Positions 27,090 to 37,460 of a stretch of 64,000 nucleotides of DNA are shown piece after piece. Below the pieces are notes generated by a model. That model ran no database searches, was not told the origin of the DNA, and was given only the letters and a program-made list of their open reading frames with translations. The stretch covers positions 88,786,001 through 88,850,000 of the forward strand of contig NC_087437.1 in assembly GCF_036321535.1 (NCBI RefSeq), given 5' to 3'. Made by a program: the position numbers and the translations under genes. Within the stretch, counting starts at the first letter, position 1; each line of letters begins with the position of its first letter. Origin of the DNA: Camelus dromedarius (Eukaryota).

Positions 27090-27410
27090 GGTTAGTTAGC
27101 CCGGTGGGTTAGAACGCAGTGCTAATAATGCCAAGATCAAGGCTTTAGTCCCTCCTGGCCTGTTTAGCTTTGTTCCATTCCATGGACTGAACTGCACCCA
27201 GACCAGGCCAGACATCATATGAATATGTTCCACTTGTCAGAGGCTGACAGATAGAATGTAGTTAGATTAGCCCAGATCAGCCATCACTACCAGGACAACT
27301 AGCAAAGAAACAAACAACAGATTCAAGGTACACATTGAACTAATGTTCTGCCACTATCTTCCATGAGGACGAATGATCCTCTTTCATGGTTAAGCACATA
27401 CTCTTTGCTG
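27090..27410 (+). mobile_element. MamSINE1-like ancient SINE with tRNA-Ile(AAT)-like head
   Basis: GGTTAGTTAGCCCGGTGGGTTAGAACGCAGTGCTAATAATGCCAAGATC resembles tRNA-Ile; followed by TTAGCTTTGTTCCATTCCATGG..ACTGCACCC body as in recalled MamSINE1. Confidence 0.65.
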
Positions 27411-28153
27411 ATTTGTTAATGCCAGCTAAGAAGTGTCTTGGTAACTCTTCATCTCATCTCAGTGTCCCCAATGTGGATTCCTTTCTATAAATATACAAAT
27501 AAGGAGTAGTATAAAAATCTTACAATTCCAGCCAAAATTATTAATGGAAAAAAAAATTTAAAAAACTCAACCAATTCTACAGAGAAAGCAGGATGTTTCA
27601 GGAATAATTCTAATGATAAATGGAGGTACTAAGAGAGGGTTGCAATGAACCTCCAACATACATTTGCTGTATGTCTCTGCTGGGTCCATTGGAGATCCTT
27701 AAGATCTCACTTTGGATTAAACAAACTATGATTAAAAATAGCCTTATTATTAATTAAAACATAGATGCAACTTCATCTGTGGTGTCTTTATATGAGATCA
27801 ATGTGTAATTTGCAGTGGGCTCTAACCTAAACATATCATAAGAGAAATAAATAAGACAGAGAAGTGGCACTTTACTAGATACTGAAAATCATCTGGAAAA
27901 AAAAAAAACTGCCTTGAATTGGAGCACAAATAATATCTCTGTAAGAAATGCTGCCTAAGAAATTCTTGCATGGATGTTTTTAAAACACTCTGCGGAGAGA
28001 ACACACTGACTCTTACAAGCTTACCCATTAAATCTCACCAGGCTGAAGAGAACAGAATAATGCAAAACATAACAGGCATGTGCTGTGCATAACTCTCACA
28101 GGTCATGCATCCTAGATTGTCCTTGATTTCACAGGACTAGATTGTGTGTTTTT

Positions 28154-28773
28154 TTTTTTTAACATTTTTTATTGATTTATAATCATCTTACAATGTTGTG
28201 TCAAATTCCAGTGTAGAACACAATTTTTCAGTTATACATGAACATATATATATTCATTGTCACATTTTTTTCTCTGTGAGCTACCATAAGATCTTGTATA
28301 TATTTCCCTGTGCTATACAATATAATCTTGTTTATCTATTCTAGTTTTGAAATCCCAGTCTATCTCTTCCCACCCCCCACACCCTTGGCAACCACAAGTT
28401 TGTATTCTATGTCTGTGAGTCTATTTCTGTTTTGTATTTCTTCTTTGTTGTTGTTGTTTTTTTTATTTTTTATTTTTTTAGATTCCACACATGAGCGATC
28501 TCATATGGTATTTTTCTTTCTCTTTCTGGCTTACTTCACTTAGAATGACATTCTCCAGGAGCATCCATGTTGCTGCAAATGGCATTATGTTGTCAGTTTT
28601 TATGGCTGAGTAGTATTCCATTGTATAAATATACCACATCCTCTTTATCCAGTCATCTGTTGATGGACATTTAGGCTGTTTCCATGTCTTGGCTATTGTA
28701 AATAATGCTGCTATGAACATTGGGGTGCAGGTGTCATCCTGAAGTAGGGTTCCTTCTGGACATATGCCCAGGA
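28154..28773 (-). mobile_element. Young 5'-truncated L1 with 15-bp TSD
   Basis: Intact ORF2 C-terminus [29 protein letters not shown]..; AGATTGTGTGTTTTT at 28139-28153 and 28774-28788. Confidence 0.95.
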
Positions 28774-28819
28774 AGATTGTGTGTTTTTAGATCAGAACTC
28801 TTGAGAAGACCCCCAAATT

Positions 28820-29570
28820 GAACCCTCCTACACTGTTGGTGGGAATGTAACTTGGTGCAGCCACTGTGGAAAACAGTATGGAGATTCCTCAAAAAAACTA
28901 TAAATAGAGTTACTATATGATCCAGCAATCCCACTCCTGGGCATATATCCAGAGAGAACTCTAATTTAGAAAGATATACACACCTCAGTATTCATAGCAG
29001 CACTATTCACAATAGCCAAGACATGGAAGCAACTTAAATGTCCATGGAAAGATGATTGGATAAAGAAGGTGTGGCATATTTATATGATGGAGTACTACTC
29101 AGCCATAAAATAGAATGAAGTAATGCTATTTGCAGCAACATGGATGGACCTAGAGATTATGATACTAAGTGAAGTCAGACAGAGAAAGACAAATATCATA
29201 TGATATCACTTTTATGCAGAATCTAAAAAACGATACAGATGTACTTATTTACAAAACAGAAACAGACTCACAGACATAGAAAACAAACATTTGGTTACCA
29301 AAGGGGAAAAGGGTGTTGAGAGGGAGGGATAAATTAGGAGTTTGGGATAAGCATATACAAACTGCTGTACATAAAATAGATAAGTGACGAGGTCCCACTG
29401 TATAGCACAGGGAATTACATTCAACATCTTGTAATAACTTGTGATGGAAAAGAATCTGAAAAAGAATATATATATATTTGTATGTATGTATAACTGAATC
29501 ACTACACTGTATACCAGAAACCAACAGAACATTGTAACTCAATTATACTTCAGTACAAAAAAATTTTTAA
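28820..29570 (+). mobile_element. 5'-truncated L1 with 14-bp TSD
   Basis: GAACCCTCCTACACTGTTGGTGGGAATG through 3' UTR; AAGACCCCCAAATT at 28806-28819 and 29571-29584. Confidence 0.95.
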
Positions 29571-29734
29571 AAGACCCCCAAATTATGTTTTTTTTTAAGT
29601 TTTTGTTGTTCTATAATAGATCTTGTACCATATGTGAAAGCTGTCTGTTTCACAACTTGCTTAGGGAAGTTTGTGACAGGGAAATACACTAACACTTTGA
29701 AGTTTAGTATGGGTCAGTTTCTCCCCTATGAGTT

Positions 29735-30738
29735 CTTTTTTTTAATTTGTTTTATTTTTTTAGATTCCACATATAAGCAATAACAGAGTATTTATCTTTC
29801 TCTGACTTACTTAAATAAGCATGATACTCTCCAGATCCATACATGTTGTTGCAAATGTAGCAAGATTCCATCCTTCTTTACGGTTGAATGATATTCCATT
29901 GTGTATGCATACCACATCTTTACCAGTCATCTGTTGATGGCTACTTAGGTTGCTTCATATCTTGGCAATTATAAATAATGCTACTATGAGCATTGAGGTT
30001 TATATAACTTTTCAAATTAATGTTTTTGTTTTTTTCAGATATATGCCCAGGAGTGGAATTACTGGATCATATTTAGTTTTTTGAGAAACTGCCATAGTGT
30101 TTTCCACAGTAGCTGCACCAATTTACATTCCCATCAGTAGCATACAATGATTTCCTTTTCTCACATTCTGCACAGAATTTGTTATCTGTGGTCTTTCTGA
30201 TGATAGCCATTGGGACAGCTATGAGATGACATCTCAGTGTGATTTTGACTCCCATTTCTCTGATGATTAGCAGTGTTGAGCATCTTTTTATGTACATGTT
30301 GGTCATCTGTACGCCTTCTGTAGAAAAATATCTATTCAGGTCTTCTGCCCATTTTTTAATTGGGTTGTTTGGTTTTTTGATATTGAGTTGTATGGGTTGT
30401 TTACATATTTTGGATATTAACCCCTGATTTGTCATATCATTTGCAAATTTTTTTTTCCATTCAGTAGGTGGTCTTTTCATTTGTTGATGGTTTCCTTTGC
30501 TGCGCAAAAACTTTTAAGTTTGATTAGCTCCCATTTGTTGATTTTTTTACTTTTGTTTCTTTTGCATTAGGAGACAGATTTAAAATGCACCTATGTTCAT
30601 CAATGATGCTGGCCTGTAATTTTCTTTTTTGTGTGGTATCTTTGGTTTTGGTATCAGGGTGATCCTGGCCTCATAGAATGATTTGGGAAGTGTCCCTTGC
30701 ACTGAAATTTTTTGGAATAGTTTGAGAAGGACAGGTGT
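29735..30738 (-). mobile_element. L1 ORF2 fragment with internal deletion and short 3' end; 13-bp TSD with 1 mismatch
   Basis: ORF2 peptides (..NNPIKKWAEDLNRYFS..); TCCCCTATGAGTT at 29722-29734 and TCCCATATGAGTT at 30739-30751. Confidence 0.9.
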
Positions 30739-31109
30739 TCCCATATGAGTTTTAGGTAAATCATTTATTAATCCTCACAGAAGCCCCCTAAATATAACTA
30801 TATCTCCACTTGGATATGAGAAAACTGAAGTTCAGAGCTTTGTCTGAAGCCAAGGTTGTGCTCCTTTCATTCTTTGTGTGAGTACCTGAGGGCCCAGTTG
30901 TGACTGATTTTACTAGTCACCCCACAGCACCGCCAGCCTCTGTCCTCCTGGTCAAGAGGTCAGCCACCAGGTGACTTCTCTAATCGCCATCTCCTACATG
31001 GCTTGCTAGCCTGTCCTCCTGTCTACTCTGGCCACTCTTCTGGACTCAATTCAAGTCTCTGTTTCCTGAAACTAAGGTCATGTTTCTGATAATATCACAT
31101 GCTATTCAA

Positions 31110-31212
31110 TTTCTCCCCAGTTTTACTGAGACATAATTGACATAAAACATGGTATAAGTTTAAAGTGTACAACATAATGATGTGACTTACATACATCATG
31201 AAATGATTAGCA
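31110..31212 (-). mobile_element. Short L1 3'-terminal fragment
   Basis: CCCCAGTTTTACTGAGACATAATTGACAT..TAAGTTTAAAGTGTACAACATAATG. Confidence 0.65.
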
Positions 31213-31504
31213 AAAACATTTTTTAAAGAAGACATGGCTCCTAAACGTGAACCAACATTTCGTCTGATGATCAACCCAAGAAAAGGCAGTCTTTTCGACG
31301 CTAGAGGTTAAATCGTCTGTGTTGAACTTATGAGGCACAGTACATGTATATCCAGTTCATTGTGGGGGTTTGAAGAAATTTTCAGTAATATGTTGGGCAA
31401 AGTTTCATTTGCTTTATTTATTGACTTTAGAACCCCAGATAAAATATATTTCCACTCTATAAGGCTTGGGCTCTGGGCTGGATGATAATTTTTGTAAGTT
31501 ACTT

Positions 31505-31940
31505 GCATATAGAGGTGATCTGTAGATGGATGAGATCTCTTAAGATGAGAAAATTATCCAGGACTAAGACTAAGAAACTTGATATTTAGAGTTTAAGTAG
31601 AGGAGGATTTGGCAAAGGAAACTGAGAAAGAATAGCCAAAGTGTAAGGAGACAGATTAGCAAAGAGGAACATCATGGTAGGATGTCAAGAGAAGAGGTAA
31701 CTTTAAGGAGGCATTAACCCACAGCATCAAAATTTATGAAGCATCAATTAGGATGAAGTTAAAAACATGAAGTTCGAACTTTTTAACGTGACCACTACTT
31801 GTGACCTTAGTGAATTTTGGTGCGGTGATGAAGCAAAAATCTGATTGCAAATGGGTGGAACAGTGAATAGAAAGGGAGAAAGAGGAGGAAGTGAGTCTGT
31901 GGAGTTTGTGATGGTGGAGAAGACAGGAGACAGAGCTTAC
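31505..31940 (-). mobile_element. L2 LINE fragment
   Basis: TGGATGAGATC..GCAAAGGAAACTGAGAAAGAATAGCCA..GTGACCTTAG..TGATTGCAAATGGG. Confidence 0.7.
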
Positions 31941-32271
31941 AAGAGGACGAGGGTGAGCGAACCAGAGGGACAGAGTAAAGTTGCCAGGCGTTGCGGAAGG
32001 GCCCACTGAAGACAGGTGATCCTAAGGACAACTGAGTAAAGTGGTTGTATTGCTTTACACGTGCCTTTTGACCTTCTGCTTTCACATCTATTCCATTCGT
32101 GTTATTAGCACCACCCTTAGATCCAGGCAGCCAGAGCCCCTCCTTGGCCTCTGAGCTTTAGAGAACCTCTCACTGGTCTTCCTCCTCTTGTGTCTCTCCT
32201 TGTAGGAATCTGTTGGGCCAAGGGGACATCCCCAAGTCCTCCGTTCCAGCTCCCCTCCTCATTCTGCTATT

Positions 32272-32732
32272 GATTAGCTTCCCAGTGCTGCTGTAACAAA
32301 TGACCACAAACTCACTGACATAAACTGGTGCAAATTTATTTTCTTATAGTTCTAGGGGTGTGAAGTCCAAAATGGCATTGTTGGCAGGGCTGTACTCCTT
32401 CTGGAGTCTCCAGGGGAGCCCACTTTCTGGCCTTTCTGGCTTCTAGAGGCTGCCTGCATGTCTTGGCTCCTGGCTCCTTTCCATCTTCAGAGTCAGTGAT
32501 GGCTTACAGAATCTTTCTAACATCACATCAATTTGACACTGACTCTTCTGCCTCCTGCCTCCCCTCTTAAAAGGACCCTTGTGATTACTCGCACTGGGCT
32601 TACCTAGATAATCCAGGATAATTTTTCTACCTTAAAATCTACTCACTAGTAACCTTAATTCCAAATGCAATTTTAACTCCCTTGTGTCATATAAGTTAAA
32701 CATATTCATAGGCACTGTTCTGTCTAGAACAA
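32272..32732 (-). mobile_element. MaLR LTR (MLT1C/D-like)
   Basis: GCTGCTGTAACAAATGACCACAAACT..GCTTCTAGAGGCTGCCTGCAT..AAGGACCCTTGTGATTAC..GATAATCCAGGATAAT. Confidence 0.85.
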
Positions 32733-34284
32733 CCATGTTTTTGTACTCAAGACCTGGGAATTTCCTGCACAGATGACCCAAGTCCACTTCTTCAGAGCCA
32801 TGATTCCTAGACTGTGCTGCATTATCAGTGGGTTCAGATGAGGCCAGAAGGATGGCCAAGATCAGCTGTGTGGTATCCTGGGAAGACGGTTTGGATGCAC
32901 AGATTGAGATGTCCAACCTGTGAACTGCAGGTCCCCTATGTGCTCTGACACTATAACCCCAAGTTAAAGACAAGCCTGGTTGTCATCTCTCAAAAACAGA
33001 AAGCTTCCCCCCTCTTTGCTCTATTTTATCCCAAGAGATATTGGGAAGATCCACTTCAAGTTACCCTGACAAATAAAACTGCTTTGGTGAGTTCACCTCC
33101 CTAAATTCCAGCTGGAAAATTTGGAAATATTCTGGGAAATTTGGTGGGCAGGGTCAAAAATGTAGTGACTGTAAACTCCTGACTCAGAAGAGTTGGGAAT
33201 ATTCAAGGTCATGTAGGGATTCTATTAGAATCACAGTGGCTGGGATAGAAAAGAGTAGGAGGATAAACACTGGCTGGGTAGGCATGAGTTCCACACCACT
33301 GAGCCAGAGGACAGACAGAGAAGCGTGAGAGGGGCAGGATGAAAAGGTACATGAGTCATCTTTGAGGAACTTTCGCTCAGAAGTGCAAAGAATCAACTTC
33401 TACTCCATTACTACGTTATCGCAAGTAATTGTGACATCCCTGCATAATAGACATGAAAATGAGTACACCAGTGGTCAGACTGAATTCTCTGGGTTGGGTG
33501 AGTCACTATTGTCAAATGCAATTGGCCTACATTCCCCTCCACTCCTTATCCACAACTCCAGGTCACCAAAGGGTGATCTAATCAGAGGCCTCTTCTTATA
33601 TGCATAGATGAATATGTATAAATGGGTGCATGTAGGCACACCCTCATATAACATACGCATGTGTGTAATATATGTATGTGATTGTTTCTGTATCCTTATC
33701 GTCGGATGATAAGGAACAGAACTAAGAGTCAAGAGACCTGAGGCTTTGGTTTTAGTTCTGCCTCCAGTTCCCTAAGAGACTTTAATTAGATCACTTCCTT
33801 GCACATCTTTGAAAGAAGATGTTTTAGACCACGTGACCTTTTTGATTCTTTTCTATTCTAAAACCCAAAACATCTACCTGGGGGAAGTCAGGCACATCAG
33901 CTCTCCTATCAGAACTCCAGCTTTGCTTAATAGGAATTAGCCTACTTTTTATTAATGAGCAAACAAAGACTCTAGCCTTTGACAGTTATGTCCTCCCTCT
34001 TCTCTGTCCTTCTAGATTCTCATTCTGGGCAGAATTGATCTTTACTTTCTCATTTTCATCCATTAGAGCCATATGGAAATGAAGGCAGTTAGCAAAACCA
34101 AGATATTGTATTATAGGAAGATTTTGCCAAACACTTCCAGACTTTTGAGTCCATGACATTAGTATCCAAGAACTACATCTTTGTCATACAGTAAGCATTT
34201 GCAACATACTAGATAGAAGCTGTGTGGGGCACAAGGAAGATGCAGAAATTAGGGGTATGGACATGTTGGATCTAGTTCTGCCTT

Positions 34285-35105
34285 TATTCTCTAAGTCAAT
34301 AAATATAGACTGAACACCTTCTAAATATTAGATGTACACAATACAAATGTTCTCCACTGCAGTGTAGTGGAGGTGACATACTGAGCATGTAATTGTACAA
34401 AAAAATTAATCACCCACAGATATATTAAATTATCTGAAGATAATGTTAGAGGTGTTAAGTGACCATGCTCCTTCCTGGAAAGGGAGGTCTCAGTTCAGGT
34501 GGCTGAATAGACAGTTGCAGGAGACGGTGCACAAGTAGGGGCCAAAATTTGAATGTGAAAGATTTGGGACTGTGGACTGTAGGGAGCTACCATCAAATTT
34601 TTTAAAAGAGGGACAAAGGTCATCACTTTGACGGGTTTGCCGTGGTCAGGATGGAAAAGAACAGGAGGATAAATTATGAAAAATGGATCAGAAGAGGGTT
34701 CAACTTGGCACCTACAAAGCAGGTAGGAGCCTCCTGCAGGAATCCAGGTGAGAGACGCTGAGTGAACTGAGGGTCATAGCAACAGAGATAAAGAGATGAC
34801 AGTAGAGAGTCAGTGGAGATAAAAGTTCGAATCGTATGGACTCCAAGACCAGATATGGCGATTGTGAGAAGAACGGCGTGCTGGGTGATGCCCAGATTTC
34901 CAGTGCAGCAACTAGGGTAGGAGTTTCAATACCTGACGTGGAATTAAAAGAAGAGGATCAGGTTGGGGCTATAGGGAAAGGATTAGGGTTAGTATGACCG
35001 AGGTTCCTATGGAATTTCTGCGTGAAGCCATCCGGACAGAAGCTGAGTAGATGAATCTGGAACACAGAAGATGGGTAATGACCAGTGGTTGTCAATTTGA
35101 GAAAA
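34285..35105 (-). mobile_element. Highly diverged L2 LINE fragment
   Basis: AATCCAGGTGAGAG..GATGCCCAGATTTC..GATGAATCTGGAAC motifs; boundaries approximate. Confidence 0.6.
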
Positions 35106-35434
35106 GGCAATAATAAACATTTTAAATAAGTGTGTATATTTCTTAACTGATAGGAATACTCCTCCATTACAAAGAGGCCAAAGTCTAAACTGTGATAGCC
35201 CCTGAATAAATATATTTTTAATATTCCATGGATGAAAGAATGAGTGAGTTAATAGGAACTGCTATGAGTAACAAAGAGTTCCTATACAATTATTACAGTT
35301 TGTATATTTGAGTGTAGGAGTGAGGGTGTGCGTATCTACGCATTTATGTGTGTGTCTGTGTAGTTATTATGCATATCCACATACACATTTATATAAAGAT
35401 TAACAATATAAACAATACATGAGTAATATACCTC

Positions 35435-35808
35435 TGTATCAGTCTACTTGGACTCCCATAACAAAATACCATAGACTGAGTGGCTTAAATGCAGAAATTA
35501 CTTTGTCGCAGTTCTGGATGCTGAAATTCCAAGATCAGAGGACCCTCAGGGTTAGTTTCTGGTGAGGCCTCTCTTCCTGGCTTGTAGACTAAGGCCTCTC
35601 ACTGAGTGTCACAAGGCCTGTCCTCTATACCAAAGCAGAGAGATCTTTGATATCCCTTCCTCTGCTCATAAGGACACCAGTCCTAGGGCCCATCTTTATG
35701 ACCTCATTTAACCTTAATTACCTCCTGACAGGCTTTGTCTCCAGATAGTGACAACGGGGGTTAGGCTTTGACACATGAATTGGGGGGAGCACAATTCAGC
35801 CCATAACA
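35435..35808 (-). mobile_element. Complete MLT1A-type solo LTR, about 1.3 kb upstream of the VGLL3 ATG
   Basis: TGTATCAGT..ACAATTCAGCCCATAACA termini; 5-bp TSD ACCTC/ACGTC (1 mismatch). Confidence 0.88.
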
Positions 35809-36379
35809 ACGTCATTTGACATCCAGATTAACTTCTCATCAAAGAATAGTCTCCGTGAAAACAAAAGAAAGTGTTCCGTGTCATACACAGGGGGAGAGAT
35901 ATACTGTTAAAGTTCGGAAAGTTTGCTTATTTACAAAGTAAGTATAATTTTGTCTATTTTACCTGGTTATATCGAAATACAATTATATTCCTAGGAACAG
36001 ATTTTCTTTTTCATTTTTCATTTTATTTTAGTGACAGTTGTAAGCCACTTGCAAATAAATAAACCTTTAAATAATAGCTGGATGGGTTTAATCCTTGTTA
36101 ATGTCCATCGCTCTTTGGAAACCAGGCTGAAAAAGCCAGAAGAGGTTGACATCCCGCAAGGATGTCATACCATGAAGGTGGAAATTTAAAGCGGAGCTTG
36201 CTTGGAGAAAGCCGTGTTGCATTCTTGGCGTGTGCGCACTTGCAAGGAAGTTAACTTTCACTTATACGGTGATGCTTAATGCAGGAGCTAATCCCAGTTT
36301 ATTTTGTGCCTGCTCTATTTTATCTGTTAGTCACTTGACCTTCGTTTAGCCTTGGCCTCTACGTTGGTGTTCCCCATAA

Positions 36380-37460
36380 AAGCTTGGGTCTGGGAAGCCC
36401 TCGCCCTGACGGCCAGGTGACAGGAGAGAGGGTGGGAACCCGAGGAGCTTTAAGGGCGTGGAGCCTCTCGCATACCATTCCCTCCCACCACCACCCCACG
36501 GCCGGGAGGCGGAGAGGGCTTCCAACTTCGCTCCAATCCGCGGCCGGCCCTCCTCCGGGTCCCCCTGCTGGGCGACCCGCCCGCCGCGGACCGAGTTGGA
36601 GGAACTTCGCCGACCTTCGCGTCAGAGCCCGGGGAGGCGAGGTGCTCCCCCACCCCTCCCCTGCCGGCCCCCTCTCTCTGCCCCCGCATTCCCGGTCCTC
36701 TCCCAGCCCGGAGAGCCGGTGATAGGACGAGCCCCTGGCGTGCATTGTGTATATGCAAACCGAGCCCGGCTCCCCAGGTCTGCCCGACCCGGGCCGGGGC
36801 TGCGGCTGCGGCTGGCGCTGCCGTGGGCGCCGCTGCCCTCGCCGGAGCGCCGCTCTGTCATGACCCTGCCGCGCGGCGGGCCACTGCGTCCCCGAGTCGC
36901 TATGTAAGCGCAGGCCAGGGGACACCCGGAGGGGCTGAAGATGAGGGTGCCCGCGCATGGGCCCCCGCTGATTGCCAACCCCTCCCGAGCCCGCGCCTCG
37001 CGCGGAGCCCGCGGCCGCCGAGGACCCGCCTTCGCCGCAGTAGCAGCTGGAGCTGCGACAGAGGCGGCAGCTGCGGCGGCGGCGGCGCCCATCGCGCGAG
37101 CGCACAGAGCGGTGGCGGCAGCTTCGGGGCCGCCGCTGCCCCGGCTGCCATGAGTTGTGCGGAGGTGATGTATCACCCCCAGCCGTATGGAGCGCCCCAG
37201 TATCTGCCCAACCCTGTGGCAGCTGCAACCTGCCCCACAGCCTATTACCACCCGGCGCCCCAACCTGGCCAGCAGGTGAGTCACCGACCGGGCAGCCTGC
37301 CGGGGGCGGGGGCGAGGGGCACCGAGAGTATCGGTCTGGGGCTCCCGCGACGTCCCTCTGGGACGGGTGGCGCGGGGATGCTCTGAGACATGCGGGAGCG
37401 CCCTTGAGCCGAAAGCCGTCAGAAGAGAAGAGACAGACGAGGCTTCGGGAAGGGACCAGC
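36380..37460 (+). promoter_or_regulatory. VGLL3: CpG island / VGLL3 promoter and 5' leader
   Basis: Abrupt rise in GC and CpG density against AT-rich flanks; surrounds the first coding exon; GC-box at about 37303, CATTCC (TEAD-like) at 36687-36692, weak TATA-like GTATATG near 36749. TSS cannot be fixed from sequence. Confidence 0.88.
37150..37275 (+). CDS. VGLL3: VGLL3 coding exon 1 (MSCAEVMYHPQPYGAPQYLPNPVAAATCPTAYYHPAPQPGQQ, 42 codons)
   Basis: ATG in GCTGCC-ATG context inside a CpG island; translation matches the recalled VGLL3 N-terminus; ends at CAG|GTGAGT donor, phase 0. Confidence 0.97.

Noticed and set aside
27090..27162. Functional tRNA-Ile gene
   Set aside because: T-arm/B box is destroyed (GGCTTTAGTCC) and a SINE body follows
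30073..30507. 144-aa - strand ORF
   Set aside because: Degenerate L1 ORF2 fragment, not a host gene
36359..37284. Long antisense ORFs (289 aa and 220 aa) across the CpG island
   Set aside because: Low-complexity Arg/Gly/Pro/Ala translations expected where GC-rich DNA lacks stop codons; no recognisable domain
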